A stretch of 64,000 bases of DNA from Octopus sinensis. Its lineage: Eukaryota. Location of the stretch: assembly GCF_006345805.1 (NCBI RefSeq), contig NC_043001.1, forward strand, positions 41,974,001 to 42,038,000. The letters run 5' to 3'. The notes beneath the pieces were generated by a model. That model saw only the letters and a program-made list of their open reading frames with translations. It searched no databases and was not told where the DNA came from. The position numbers were made by a program, and so were the translations under genes. Shown here piece by piece: positions 38,402-52,549 of the stretch; positions within the stretch are counted from its first letter, which is position 1; every line of letters begins with the position of its first letter.

Positions 38402-41400
38402 GTTAGAATGAGCTGGAAGTTCAGAGAGCTGCTACTGCTACTGACAACAAAGATTTTTTTTAAATTTTAGAATAAAGAGCAGATTGCATGATAATTGTGC
38501 TAAAACTGTTATGTTGTTTTGGCAGTTCACTGTCTCTGAGCAACAAATCATGACAAAACGAACGATTTTCTGAATGTCTGTCCAGTATATCAACCATGGC
38601 TATGCATCTCCCTCAACCCAGTTTGGTGGTGCTGTAGAGATGAGAAGTACCAATTTTTTTTTATCTCTTGTTCAACTAACAGAAAAAGGCTCACAAACAA
38701 CTTCCCACAAAAGAAATCTATTCAGTCAGCTGCCAGCTTTAGACTCAATATAATCATACTAGTAATACAGATGCTCAGTTCTCAACCACAGTAATCACAG
38801 AATTCATTTTCACAATCACAACATACCAACAAATACAATCAACACGATCAGCTTTCATTTCTCAGGAAATGGACTTTGGTGAATCTCACAGAAATTGCAA
38901 CTGATCAAGAAGAAGATTCAGGACTTTCAGATCTTTATAAAAATTTCATTTTTCTACTTGATACGTTCAGAAGCTTTTGAAACACTTTTGAATAGCAGAC
39001 CATTCTCACAGCAAGCAATTCCATCAATAGCTAAATCATTCTCATTTACATTTTTCTTTCATTTATTTTGTTATTTTTCATGCAATTATAGCTCATTTAT
39101 AGCTCAACTGTTTTGCACAGGTATTTTGTATTTCCTTTCAATTGTTATTTTTTTTTTCCATGTTGGTTTGTTTACCATACAAACATACAGCATAAATTTT
39201 TCTACCCATAGAAAAATGATATCAGCCATTTCTTCAGCTACTCTCATTAAAAAGCATCAGAAAAAAACTGAATCAACTCAAATGTGTGTTTCTTAAGATT
39301 TCATTCAGTCTTTCCCAAGCATCTGTATCAACTCACAAATCAAACACATTTGAATATTTACACCTTGTATACATATCATACAGCCTCTCTATATAAACAG
39401 CTGAACTGATGGTCCAATATATGAATGACTCGATTTCTCCTGCACATTTTCACGATCATTCTTCTTAGATTTAAAAATGTACAGCAACTAATACTTATTC
39501 TTTTTCTTTTCTTTATTACACATGTACAAACATGTAATAGTTGACTATCTGATGAGGAAGTCATGAAGTTTATTTGCTACTATTAACCTGCCATGCTTGC
39601 TTCTGTTAGTCTACATACTCACATACACAGGCAAAAATATATACATCCACATTAACTAAATGAAAATCTCACCCTTCATCAAATTTGGCATTATTCAGCT
39701 CTTCACATCTGTTAAACACCATTCTACTAGTTATCAATTACTGCTACAGCTGACAACATTCGATTTAGTTAAATCTACTCTATGTATAATATATAAACTG
39801 ATCTAACAAATTAACTTCACAGCTGAGGAAACTACAAATGGGAATCACATTAGCAAAAAGTTGGCTCCAGCCTAGCACATCAACACCCTTACACAAACAC
39901 ACACTTTGAACTAGCACACAAGAGAACACATACATATATGCTGCCACACACAAATATGAATTCAAATTTGATCTTCACTTCCCTTGAATTGAACTCTCCT
40001 ATTATACTCTCAATATGAAGAAAAAGAAACTTCATTTTAAAAATATTATTCAGCACATTCATTCATGTTCTGTTTTCATTTTCCAAATGCTTAGATCATG
40101 TGGTAATGCACAAGAATCATTACCAGAATCTGTTAAAGAAGAGAGAAGATTTCTGAATACAAGAATTTGGTTCTGGTGATTCATGACCTCTTTGCTTAAT
40201 TGCTGGAACAGATTTAGGAGGTGGCTGAATTCATGCTGGTCTGAAGAGAATCATGTGCTCAGTGAGTTTCCACAGTATACCTTTCCTCTTGGAAGACTTT
40301 GTACTTTGTATGGGGGAAGAATTTATGCACATATTTTCTTTCATTTAAAGAAACTACATTAGTACCACAGAAGTTATTAGAGATGGTGGTGGGGGGGGGG
40401 TGAGTGAAGGATTAGAACTAGCTGCTCTAAAGACTTTTCACCATGACTGTCACATGAATGATGACCACTTGGTTTCTCCTACACATGAAATGAAATACAA
40501 GATAATGCACTGTTCTTACTTTCACAGAAAATAGTTTGATTAGAAATATGCAACCTTCACCTTCTCATGAAAAGTTCTAAAGTTTCCTGCTTTCATTGTC
40601 ATCTAATATTGGAAATGATTTTGAAGAATCTTTTTGTATTGCATTTTCTATTACAGAATTCAAATGATGAATATCAGAACTAGAACTTCCAGATATAGTG
40701 TGTACTGGGGTGGTCTGTGGATTGATCTAGTTGATAATGGAAGGAAGAAAGACTTGGGAATTGGCTTCAGCTGAAGAGAAACTTTAGGAACCATAGCTAA
40801 GAGAAGTTTGAGGAAAGACATTCTATGTTTTAATTAATTAACACAAATGTTATTCTCCTTATCTTGCTAGCCATCTTTCAAATTGTTTCTGATACTTTTC
40901 TGTTCTGTGCTTGGAACAATGGCATTGACAATAGAAAAATGAACAGTTAAAAAAATTTGGTTCACAACGTCATAATGATTGACAGGACAAAGTCCAGTTT
41001 CATTGTCTTCCCTGCAAGAAAACAATATCGACCCCTACTGTTGTAATATTGTAATTATGTCTTCCTTCTTCCAATTAAGGTCTCCATTGGTTTCTACTTC
41101 GCAAATATATTTAACTAAATCATAATATTTTTCTCTTGGTAGTCAAAAGTTGAGGTGAATGCTAATTTATCAGAACTATCCTTTGAGCTAAATATGTTGA
41201 AGACTTCAGATCCAAATACAGACAGTTTACAATGATATCCACACAACTGGCAGGGGAAAATTCTGGTTTAGATTTCCATGCTAAACTGTTATAATCTAAT
41301 AATTTATAAAAGCATTTCTGGAAGAGATTCAGTGCTATCCATTGTTATATATGGTGTATAGGTAGGTGAAGTGGTGCATGAAAGAGAGACACAAATGATG

Positions 41401-41699
41401 ACTACAAAGAGCAAGAGCATGTCTTCAATATAATATATCCAAGAAGGTGAGTGGAAGAGAGCATGGTATTAGTAAAATCAGGAAGGGTGGGTAAAAGCTG
41501 CTACGGTGCAATCCCTCCACACTCAAGCTTCATAATTTTAAAGGATAGAGGAAGGAAGAGTAATAGCATATGGATAGTGGTGTTAAGGTAGAGGATATTC
41601 ACTATGCACAGATCAAGTACTTTCCTCTAAATAATAGTGGTATGGTACAGTAAGTAAAAGAGAGAGAGTACAGAAGAGGTAGCAAATAGAAGAGATGGT

Positions 41700-44040
41700 G
41701 GGTAAATATGAGGATACAGACTAGGCAATATGCAAGAGTGGTGTACAAGAGGGATCGGCAATACCATGCATTACCACACGATATGGTCCTTCATCGTTTC
41801 TTTTATCAAATTTAGTATCTTGAGACAATTTTTACCACCTCATCCCAAGTCTTCCTCAGTTTTTGCTTTTTTACAGATACCATGCACTTACAGAGCTTAG
41901 CACTTCTTTATGTAGCTGCCATCCTCGATTTGTACCACATACTCACACCAGTAGTTTCCTCTCTTGCACACTACATCTGATTCCTCTTATACACTTATCA
42001 GTTCATTTACATTTTGTTGTTCATGCACACTAACAAGGAATATCTAACAAAGTATGCTTGCTTCATTTCTTTCTCAACTTAGAAGATCTTTCATGTTACC
42101 ATGCAGCAATGCACTTCACACACAAGCATCTTACAATTGTCAGCAGAGTTCACGGATCTTCCTCCGACTCATTCTGGATATCATGCTTTCAGAACACTAG
42201 CTCTTGTCACTGCTTATGAGGTCACCCAGACAACAAGCATGCTATTGACAGATTCAACTGGATATTTGAGAACAATTACTTCCCAGGAGCTCAGTCCTTA
42301 TTACCTAGTGTACCTGCTGCATGTGTCTACTGTTAACACTGAGTATAACTTAAAGAATTTCTATCAATTTCTTTTCTTCAAATGAAGTACAACTATTTCC
42401 CTTATGCTATAAAGATTCTGTCTTCCTCCCTACTTATTAAAATTTTTTTTTTTTAAATTTACCTTAAGGCACATCAACTGCAGATTTTGCTTCCATGTTT
42501 GGAACTTTTGCTTCAATTGTTTAAGAGATTTTGCAATGAGAGCTAAGTTACCAGCATACAGGGGTTTCCAAGGACACTCACTCACTCACTCAAGCTCTTG
42601 CGGAATTCCTGAGACTTTTCAATAATGAGATGAAAGGCAAAAATATGGCCTGCAGTAGATTGATTTAGCACGAATATGGTTTTAACAGGAGAGCACTAAT
42701 GAACCCCTACCAACATATTTCATTGCTGACTGTCTCCCAACATACCTTTAGCCCCCATTCTTTTATCTACACAGACTTCTTTCTTGCATGCTACATCTGA
42801 TTCCTCTTATGCTCAGTTTTTCTCTCTGCCCATTTGTACTAAGTTATTCTGAAGCACTTACACTGCACATCCAACAGAACAAGCCTGCTTCATTTCCTTC
42901 TAGTCTTCTCAAGTTCTTTGTATTCAAGGCTCATGTCTCACTATCATATAGCATCACAGTTCTAACAACAACATCATACAATCTGCTTGTCACTCTGAGG
43001 GAAAAGACAATTGTTAGCAGTAGCAGTAGAAGCTCCCTGAACTTTTTCCAGTCTGTTCTTACTCTGGCTACCATACTTTCAGAGTAACTATCTTCCTTAC
43101 TAATTATGTCTTCTAGATAACAAAAACTTCTAGTGAGCCATCTGGATATTTAAGAGTCTACTTCTGGATTACTCCAAGTACATACCATGCTAGTGCATCT
43201 GTCACATATGAAGCTTATGTTCTTTGTTAGTCTGCCTGTGATTCCACAGTTGTGTGCAAAGCTTACACTGTGTAAAGTATATGGAGTTTATAACAAATTG
43301 TTTCTTGCATATTGAGCAAAACCATTTCCCTGAAAATACTAAGCCTGTCTTGTTTCCTACTTACTAAAGTCTTAGTCTTTGCTAAGTTTACCTTAAGGCT
43401 TTTCAATTTTAGGTTTAGCTTCTGTGAGTCTTAAACTATGATAGCCTGTAGGACTAGGATGACTATAAGAGAACTGAACCTTGATAAACATCTATTTTCA
43501 TGCTAAATTCATCACCAAAATTGTTGACAACTCTCGCTTTACTTAATGAATCTTTGTACAAAGCATGTACAGCCCTCACAAGCCATTTGTCTATACCTAA
43601 TTTCTTCAATGACCACCAAATTACTGAAAATGGTACTCTGTTAAATGCTTTCTCAAAACAATGAAAGTTAGGAATAGTGGTTAATTCTTAGCCAAGTATT
43701 TCTCCAGCAAGTTGCTGCATAGAGAAGATTGCATCTTCTAGGCATGAAGTCTAACTGCATTTCAACTATGTCCACTATCACAAATCAATTGTGCTATGAT
43801 TCTCCTTCATAACCTGATCCAGTAGTTTGATTCCTCTTAAATGCTGCTCTCTAAGGCCTTTGTGCAGTGTATGATGATTCTGCTATGCCAGTCATTAAGT
43901 ATGATACCTTCCTGTATGATTTGATTAACTATCCAGATGGTGATCATGTATCCTACCAAACCAGATACTTTGAATGTCTCTGCAACTATCCCTGATAGAC
44001 CACCAGCTTCCCCTCTTTTATTGTATTCATCCATTGTTCA
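41700..44040 (-). mobile_element. Cluster of old RTE LINE relics
   Basis: AGGLSGIVAETFKVSG..IVNQIIQEGIILNDWHSRII..RGIKLLDQVMK, plus LKPKIESLKVNLAKTK and KFRELLL remnants homologous to the 58-59-kb copy. Confidence 0.6.
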
Positions 44041-46812
44041 GCTAACAGTATACCTATCCAACTCCTGCTGTTACTATTACCCACCAGAAGAATTTGTACT
44101 GCTTTCTCTTGTCTAAGGAATTTGGTGGAGGAACCATCCCCTTTTACCTCTTGCACACACCCACTTATCTCTGCTCCAGTATTTCTGCAATCTCACCAGA
44201 CTTACTTTTCATCGTGCTTATGTTTATAGTTGCAGCCCTAAAGTTTTGGAATCAGTGGGAAGAAAGCTGTTTGGTTTTTTTGTTCATAACTGTTTGGCAG
44301 TATCTGCACTCATGAGGAATAAGAAAAATTGTGCTGCAGCTTGCCAGCTTTACATAAATAATCACATAAATAATCATATTTGTCCCTTCAAATAATTTGT
44401 CATCATTCATTCATTCTCCAATACTTGCTACATATGGTATATGCGCCAACTACAATTATCATCATTATATAACAAATATTTGTAATGCCGTTAACATTAC
44501 CATTATTGTCAGCATATGCATATATAAGTACAAAAATTATAAGTGTCTGAATCAGATGCAGACAATTTTTTTTAAAGTCTAAAAGTGCCTGTTACAAATT
44601 ATATAACCTCACTGTATTTACCAATAGCTAAACTGGAACTGAATCCCTGGGTTAAACAGCATAGCACAGTCAAAATGTGGCTGAAATGCTTCCTGCTCAG
44701 GCTTTAAAGTTATTTTCTATACAAGTTACTGGCAGTCATCAGACAAGCTACACTCCATGGATGAAGACGTTTTAATAAAACTGAGCAAAAATAATATACA
44801 TGGAATGGAAGAGAAAGATACAACAGAACATTTGCCAAGCCTTGAAAACACAAGAACTTGGCTGCCCAGCTCTTTAAGTACATCAACTTAATGAAGTATG
44901 GATTATAAAAAAAATTATCTTTGCTCTAAATAGTCATCTCCATTTATTTGTTGCACAACTAGAGCATTGTTTTATAACATTTGGCTTAAACCACAGGTAA
45001 ATGAAACAGACGCAAGCTTTATATGAAAAGCAATAAGGTTTCACAGCTACTCATACAACCAGGCTCAAATGCATTATAAGATCATTATGAACTGAAAGAT
45101 AAATTGTTTTAGATCTGTGCGTATGTTGGGGTTCTACCTTAAAGAGTTTTAGAACCTGGAACTATGTGGTTGGGAAGCAAACTTCTTACCACACAGACTT
45201 CATATGGACACTTATTTTATCAATATATTCATCGCACCACAAAAATAAAGACAAAAGAAACCAAATGTAAACACACACACACAGACATGCTTTCCATAAC
45301 AGTTTTTATCGATGAAAGAAATCTCAGGGAAGGTTTTTGTCAACCGTGTCTATAGGAGAAAACACCTGCATTAGATGCTGTGCATTGGGAATGAATTTCT
45401 TCAGGGGGGATATGAGAAAGGTTAGGAGAGAGAAGGTGGTTAGGAAGGAGAAAAGAATGTAAGTAGGCTGGTATAAAAAGATATATAAATATAAATACAT
45501 ATAGATAAATAGAATGATACACATGTATACATACACAAAAATACTGACAAAATCATTTGCATTGCCAGTAGTATTTAATGTATGGTATTTCTTAACAGAA
45601 AAAATGAACATCAATGAAAAATCTCAAGAAATTCCAGTTGAAGTGGTGAGTTCTATTAAATTGTTACCAATAAAAATGTAAAAATGTACAGAAAGAAAAT
45701 AGGTTTACTTTAGATTTACTACTTTTTCTTCAGCAAACTTTTGAATCTTCAAAAATACTTCTGCATTAATTGTACTAGCTTAACCTCTCGGCTTTATAAA
45801 TAAATAAATAAATAAATAATGACTAAAAAACAATTTCCAGTGTCCTCTTGCTTCACCTTTTTCTGCTTTTCTGCAATCAAATACCCACCAATTATCAAGT
45901 TTTAACACTTCTCATAGTATAATTTAGTATTTTGTTTTTAATTTAGTGTAATTCAATCTCCCCATCTATTTTCAACAAATCAGGAGACTAAAATCTCAAC
46001 TTCTTGCTGAAACTGATTCTGTACTGAGTGCACCATTAGTTATACAGTATTACCAAAATTTATTTTAAGATTGCAAAATCATTGAATACTTAGTAATAAA
46101 AATAAATCAGTTCTCTTTCTATCCTCTCAAGAGGTAACTAATCACTACCAAATTTACCCTACAATTTTCTGTAGAGACACATGAATTGCTTATACATTGA
46201 TAGTCATACCTCCTCACCTTATTTGCCTGAAAACTGATTTTGACTGTCAATTGATTTCTGTCAAAAAAGAGATTTTTTTTCAACAAATATATCGAAACAG
46301 CTTAGCATAGTGAAAACTTGACTCCACCAATCTTTGTATACTATGTACCACCAAAAACACACGCACTAACATCATATATCTACAGATCATAGCTACACTT
46401 GTTCTCTATTCCTAATAAAGGATTTTTTTTTTAATGGAAATACTAAAATACCTAGTGAAAACTTCCTTTTCATCCTTTTATTCTATCTTGCAACAATATC
46501 ATTTAACAAATGAATTTTTACAGCTATATCACCTTCCATCAGAAAATAATCTTTAAACTTAAAATGTCAGTATTATAGGAAATGATTCATTAAATATAAC
46601 ATTTTCTGTAAATAAAAATAAATCTAATAAATTTACTTACAAATTTAACCAGTTCTAAAAGTTTTAGCTACAGTTGACATTCTAGTCTTTTATCCTGGAT
46701 TACAGAATAAAACAGTTAAAACAATAGTTTAGCACCACAGAAGAGAAATACCTAAATGAAAAAAAACTATTTCAAAAAAGGCTAATATGGGAAATTTTAT
46801 AAATATACTCAC

Positions 46813-48551
46813 TTTTTACAGAGATGTCTTGAGACATCAGATTTACGAAATCCATCCAAATTGTAAAGCCGTTTAGCTAAGCGAGCAGCTGATGGACGAT
46901 CCACACTTTTGAATGGTTGGTGATATAAGCAATCAGAATCTAAATGTTCATTGCCAGGTTCCACAGTTTCTCGAAGACTAGTTATAAAATCAGGTTTATT
47001 GTCTACTCCTATAAAAGCTTCCTTTGATACACCCTCCTCAGCAGACTCAACACCAATGCGGGAATTAAGTATTGATGCTACAAGGTTAGAAGTTGGTGCT
47101 TCTATTTTCCTATCAGTTGCCTCTGAAGAGACTGGTGACTGTGGTTCTAGAAGACTGGAAAGAGGTCCACCGTCATTACATACTCCTGAAGGAATGTTTG
47201 AGTCTGTAGCACCTTCAACTGAGGAATCCACTTTAGAACAAGTGGAAGCAGCATCTTTTGTTTTAGTCTCCTTACCTTTAGGTTTGATAGCCCGTGGTTC
47301 ATCAAGGCTTATGAAACCTGGCATGAAGACACGATCAGATGATTTTTCACTTGATTTCCGTTCCGGTGAGCTCTGCAGACTCCTTGAAACAGGCACCAGT
47401 CCATCCTTATCACCTAATTTCTCCAGAGAGGATCCAGAGCTCTGATATGCAAGAGTATCTAGAGAGTAAGCCAAATTATCATCATCTATATCAATGCTGA
47501 CTAATGTGATATCAGTGCCTGACTGTAGATAGTTTTCATGGCTTTTACTTGTACGAACCAATGAATGACTGCCTCTTGAAGCAGCAACTATTTTTTCAGC
47601 ACTTTTACTCGTTACTATATTCGATTTTACTTCATTGTCTGATGATGATGATGCCATTGTGCTGCTTTTATCATCTGAAGACTCCACTACTTCAGGACTG
47701 GGCTCAGAATCACTATTTGATAGACTTCGTTTGGAGCTCTCCTTCATTGTGAATAATTGTGTGCATTGTTGTTGCTGATAATATTGATGGTTGGCAGGGT
47801 CAAGAGGATGGGGTTCAAACTGATCCCAAGATTCCATAGAACTGGAGGGAGTTTGTCGCAGAGACGGAATGAACTCCTCTGGACTTGCAATGGGAGGACT
47901 TGACATAGAAAGAGGTGGTGATGGCCAGTTCATGTTACCATCATTTCTATTGTCTGCAGGAGCAGACTCAACCCGACCAAGAGGTGTGTGTACTGTTTTG
48001 GGGTTATCAGGCCCGCTAAAAGAGTGATGCCGGGGCGCCCCTACTACTCTGTTTTCATTCACTTTCTTCTCGGCTGCTATGCGATTGAACTCTGCAGAGA
48101 TGAGACAAATTTCTTCATCATCATCATCTTCTTCTTCTTCTTCTTCTTCTTCTGCAATATTACTGCCATAAACCATTTGCTTATAAGGCACCTTTTTGGG
48201 ACTGTCTACCTTTTTGGGAGATTTGTGTGGAGCTGTTGTCTTAATGATCATATCACCTGTCATGACAAATGTCTCAAAACCAGTTCCTTTGCCTGGAGAC
48301 TCTGCAGGAGTTCCTTCTTTTGGGGATTCTTTTTTAGTGGTTGCATTGGGTGTGCACTGAGCCACGGCATCCAAGATACCGTTCTCAAAGCACATGGCCT
48401 TTACATAGCTGTCGTTGTGTTTAGGGTTAACATCTGAAGGACGACGTAACTTGCCATTACTGCTAGCAGAGCTTTTATGCAGACTGCAAGATACTGGGAT
48501 TGGGATGCGGGATGGACTGCTGGAGACCCTGTCAACCATCTTGACTGGCAT
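46813..48551 (-). CDS. PSD: PH and SEC7 domain-containing protein (EFA6-type Arf6 GEF), large first coding exon of the long isoform: disordered N-terminus, MTED-like motif, SxIP motifs, start of Sec7
   Basis: 581-aa ORF ending AARLAKRLYNLDGFRKSDVSRHLCKK, matching the start of the EFA6/PSD Sec7 domain. Acceptor ttttcttctttgcag at 48596/48595. An in-frame TAA (48581-48579) precedes the ATG at 48551. Donor AA|GTGAGT at 46813/46812 (phase 2). Confidence 0.93.
48110..48153 (-). repeat. (GAA)n(GAT)n coding trinucleotide run encoding EEEEEEEDDDDEE
   Basis: Seen directly within the 581-aa ORF. Confidence 0.9.
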
Positions 48552-51067
48552 CAAACTCTGGTTCCTTCTGTTTGGCCATTAGTCATTTGCTCTTTCTGCA
48601 AAGAAGAAAAGAAAAAAAATTGAAGAATTTAACAATCAGTCACTTGGATTAGCCAATAATTAAATCCAACATTAATGAAATGGAAAAAAAAATTGATGTT
48701 TTCAGAACTTTATAAACTATGCAATTTGCAATTTTCCTTCTGTTTCATTTACAAATTTTTGTTTACAACATAATATATTAGTATAACAATATTTCAATGA
48801 ATTTAATTTGTGAAGTATTATATATACTTGTATTTTGTTTATATGAGTTGTTAATGATGAACAAATTTCACAGATTGTAAACATTAGATTTTTAATGAAA
48901 CAATATTTGAAGGATTTAGTTTCTGTCATTATGTACTCTAGCTGATAATGATACAAATTTATTTCATATAAGGTTACATCACACTTGTTCTCTATGCTAT
49001 TAGTAAGTGTATTTTATATGTGACACCAGACAATAAACAAAGACATTTGAAATAAGTTTTACTATGATGTATGTTGTTACAGAGAGAAATTCAATGGCTG
49101 TCAAAGAGAAACTGTATGAAAGTTTCTATTCCCTTTTTAAAACAGTGGTTGAATTCTTACAAGACTCTTATTCTGTTCTTTGTGATGAACTAAGAAACAT
49201 CAAGCATGACATTGCTTCTATGACAGATATTGTTCAATAAAGTTAATTGGTAACTGCAAGGAAAAGAGATGAAACTTTATCAAAGTAAAATCAGCCCAAT
49301 CACATTGGACTAGGGTTTGTGTTTACTTTTTGATTACAAAAGGACAAAGCTCTTAGAAGCTAGAGGTTATGTTTAGGGAGAAATAAGTACCTAGCAAACT
49401 TGTGACTAAGTACTTAAGAGCATTTATACATTTGTGAAAATTAAGTTAATTTCTCAAACTATGCATTCTTTTATAAAAATGTCTTCCTATAATAATATAG
49501 CATTAAGTGGCAGAAATCTCCAATTTCGTGAGTTTTCCTTTCAACCTAAATAATAATCTAATCACTTAACAAAAAAAAAAACAAAAATCCAAATATGAAA
49601 TATCCAATTATTCTAAAAGTAACTGAATATTTTAGCAGAAAATTACTTAAAATAGTGAAGTTCTGTTTAAAACTGGTTGAAAGGTAAACCTCATATATGT
49701 AATTGTATTACATCAAATACTAGTAATGATATTTCTGAATGTAAATGACTTAAATAATTCTGAAGTTCATTCAAGAAAAAAAAATTGAGCATAAAGAAAA
49801 ACAGAATTTAAGTCCAAAATAGAAAAGGCTTTCAGGTATAGCAAATTGGTGCCAGGAAGAATTTTGATATTTTGGAAAATTCCCAAGCTGTAAGCAAGTA
49901 TACTTTACAACAGATATTTATAGAACATCCATGGATAGATAAGAAAAAAAAGAGAACTAGACCAAAATATATAAAACAAAAAAAATACTAGAAATTAAAT
50001 GTTTACACGATAAATCAAGATTACATTGAATTTTTTAATTTTGCATCTGAAACTAAATATTATAATCAACAGATACAGACAACTGTTTATAGCTTTTCAG
50101 TTTACTTACTGTCATAAAAAAGGAGATACAAAGTAAGAGAACTACTTTTGTTATTAAGGAAATATTTTCCAATATAATGCATTAGAAGTATTATGCTACT
50201 AAACTGTGAAATGTAGACAGTAAAGGATGAAAAAATTTCAGAAGCTATTATGATTTATAGAATATATCTAAAATGTAGGAACTTTGAAAAAGAGACATCA
50301 ATATTTACAAGAAGGTAATGGAGTGAGTGCATATTATAAACCAGCTAATAACAACCTAAAGAAGGTAGATCACTGGATCCTTCAAATGGATTTAAAATTC
50401 TACTGAATCACAAGTTCTTGTTCTTAGACTGCAAGTAAAGGAGAGTGTGGTTTTGTTCTTAAAATATATATACATGTAACTTCATATATTGAGTAACCCT
50501 CATTAGTTTTGCTCAAGTAGATCTATGTGTGAAGATAACCAATCAATTGCTAGAGTACAATACACATACCTGGCAGCACAGGAATTTCAAAATGCACTGC
50601 ACTCTCCACCATACATTCTGCTGTTTGATTGCCATTTATTACCACATCATTCACTCAGACAGACTGTATCATTGTTTAGTTGTAGAAAATTTGGTTGCTG
50701 TGTCTATCAGGTTAACCAACACTGTAGAAGCATCTTTCTTTTACTCATGTCATAGTTGGTTGTGTGAAATCCTTTCTAGTATAGGCACAAGGCTTGAAAT
50801 TTTGGGGAGGGGGATATGTCAATTACATTGACCCCCAGTACACAACAGGTACTTAATTTATAATAAGAGTATTGCTGGCTGAGAGATATCTCATTGTAGA
50901 GGAATAGTATTTAACTGCTATTTCTAAATTTGGTATGTGGTGAAGCAATTTGCTGAACCCTTTTTTGTATAAGATTACCGATAAAGGTTATTTTAACATA
51001 CCAAACTACTTGGTAAAATTATTAATTAATTTTATTCTTTATTATTCTTCAGGATTTTTTTTTTTTA

Positions 51068-52130
51068 TCTAGTTTCAGCTCACGAGCTGTGACCATGCTG
51101 GGGCACCACCATTTGGTGTTGCTACATGATTTTACTTCATGAATGCTTTTTAGCAACTGCCATTTGGTGCATGAGAGAGTTCGATGCAGCTACCCTCATC
51201 TGCACCTCCTGCCATGAAGTTGGTTCATCTGGGACACCTGACAGGAAGAGATCCAGTTTTATTTTAAAGACATCTGCATCCACCCATGCAGGTCTCTCAG
51301 GTTCTTCGGGAGGATATTGAAGAGCTGTGGGCCTCTGAAGCCCAGGCTATCACAGTATCTTGTCCTACATCTTGATGGCAAATTTGGAGTCCTTGGCACC
51401 ATGCAGTGGCGCCCAGTTCTAGCATTTGTGTAACTCTCGATGCCAAAGTTTGAGTATATTATGGCATATCTTTCTCGCCTATGCTCTAAGGAATAGAGTC
51501 TTAATCTCTTGAGTCTTTCCCAGTAGCTTATATGCTGCACAGAGGCTATCTTCTTCATGTAGCTTCGTTGGATCGCCTCAAGTTCTGTGATTAACTTGAC
51601 ACTAGATGGTGACCATAGCTGAGAGCAATAGTCAAAGTGGCTTAGGACAACTGTCCTCCAGAAGACCATCATGGTTTCCTGGTCTCTCGTTCTAAAGGTT
51701 CTAAGAATCCATCCGGTCAGCCGCCTACATTTCATTGCCAATTTAGCAACATGCACATGAAAGGTTGCATCATCACTCATGTAAATACCCAGGTCTCGCA
51801 CTGATTGTGCCTCTGGGATTGCAATCCCTCCAGGTCCAGTGTATTTATTGGGTATTCCATTTAGTTTTGCATGCTGATAGCATAAAGCTTGAAACTTTTC
51901 AGCATTGAACTGCATGCTATTCTTTATATTTTGTCCAGCTCACATTGCAGGTGCTTAGTGTCTTCAGGGTTCTGTATTGCCTGTGGAACTTTTGTATCAT
52001 CTGCATAACTTGTGATCGTGGCTCTCTGCGTGGCTGAGGGCATGTCTGAGAGGGCCATTATGAACAGTAGTGGTCCCAAAACAGTGCCTTGCGGAACACC
52101 GCTCACTATTTGCGTGTTAATGGACTTCTA
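51068..52130 (-). mobile_element. CR1-group LINE, 5'-truncated (RT domains 4-7 and C-terminus, 3' tail)
   Basis: SGVPQGTVLGPLLF, YADDTK, FNAEKFQ, VRDLGI, YWERLKRLRLYSLEHRRERY, and tail ggtggtgccccagcatggtcacagc..gctgaaactagataaaaaaa. Confidence 0.9.
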
Positions 52131-52135
52131 TCCTT

Positions 52136-52176
52136 CATATATATATATGTATACATGTATACAAATATATATACAC

Positions 52177-52211
<35 letters not shown>

Positions 52212-52223
52212 TATATATACAGA

Positions 52224-52265
<42 letters not shown>

Positions 52266-52413
52266 CACACACACACATATATACACATATATATACACAC
52301 ACACACACACACATACATATATATACACACACACATATACACATATATACACACACACACACACACATATATATATACACATACACACACACACACATAT
52401 ATACACATATATA
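52136..52413. repeat. Compound (CA)n/(TA)n microsatellite
   Basis: Seen directly; it explains the Cys-Val and His-Thr pseudo-ORFs. Confidence 0.95.
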
Positions 52414-52511
52414 ACGGGAAGCTTTATGAAAATAGACAAAAGACGAAGGCAGGTGGAAAACAAACAAACAATTGTATTAGTATGGCGCTCAGGAAATATA
52501 AATAAAACAAG

Positions 52512-52549
52512 TCTTTAACGTTTCAAGCCTACGCTCTTCAACAGAAAGA
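52512..52549 (-). ncRNA. Minimal hammerhead-like motif in the 3' terminal region of the Neptune PLE
   Basis: TCTTT CTGTTGA A GAGC gtag GCTT GAAAC GTT AAAGA: stem I, stem II and palindromic ACGT stem III. The core reads CUGUUGA rather than CUGANGA. Confidence 0.6.

Noticed and set aside
44710-44742. CTGATGA...GAAA on the minus strand, and other isolated CTGATGA matches (33950, 39550)
   Set aside because: No stem II or stem I pairing; chance matches.
46951-48437. Plus-strand ORFs 46951-47445 and 47988-48437
   Set aside because: Antisense shadows of the PSD exon with no independent motifs or splice signals.
51100-52130. Twin-priming inversion linking the 51-kb and 57-kb CR1 fragments (and the 31-kb and 32-kb RTE fragments)
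   Set aside because: The opposite-strand pieces cover overlapping parts of the consensus and are clearly diverged from each other, so they are separate insertions.
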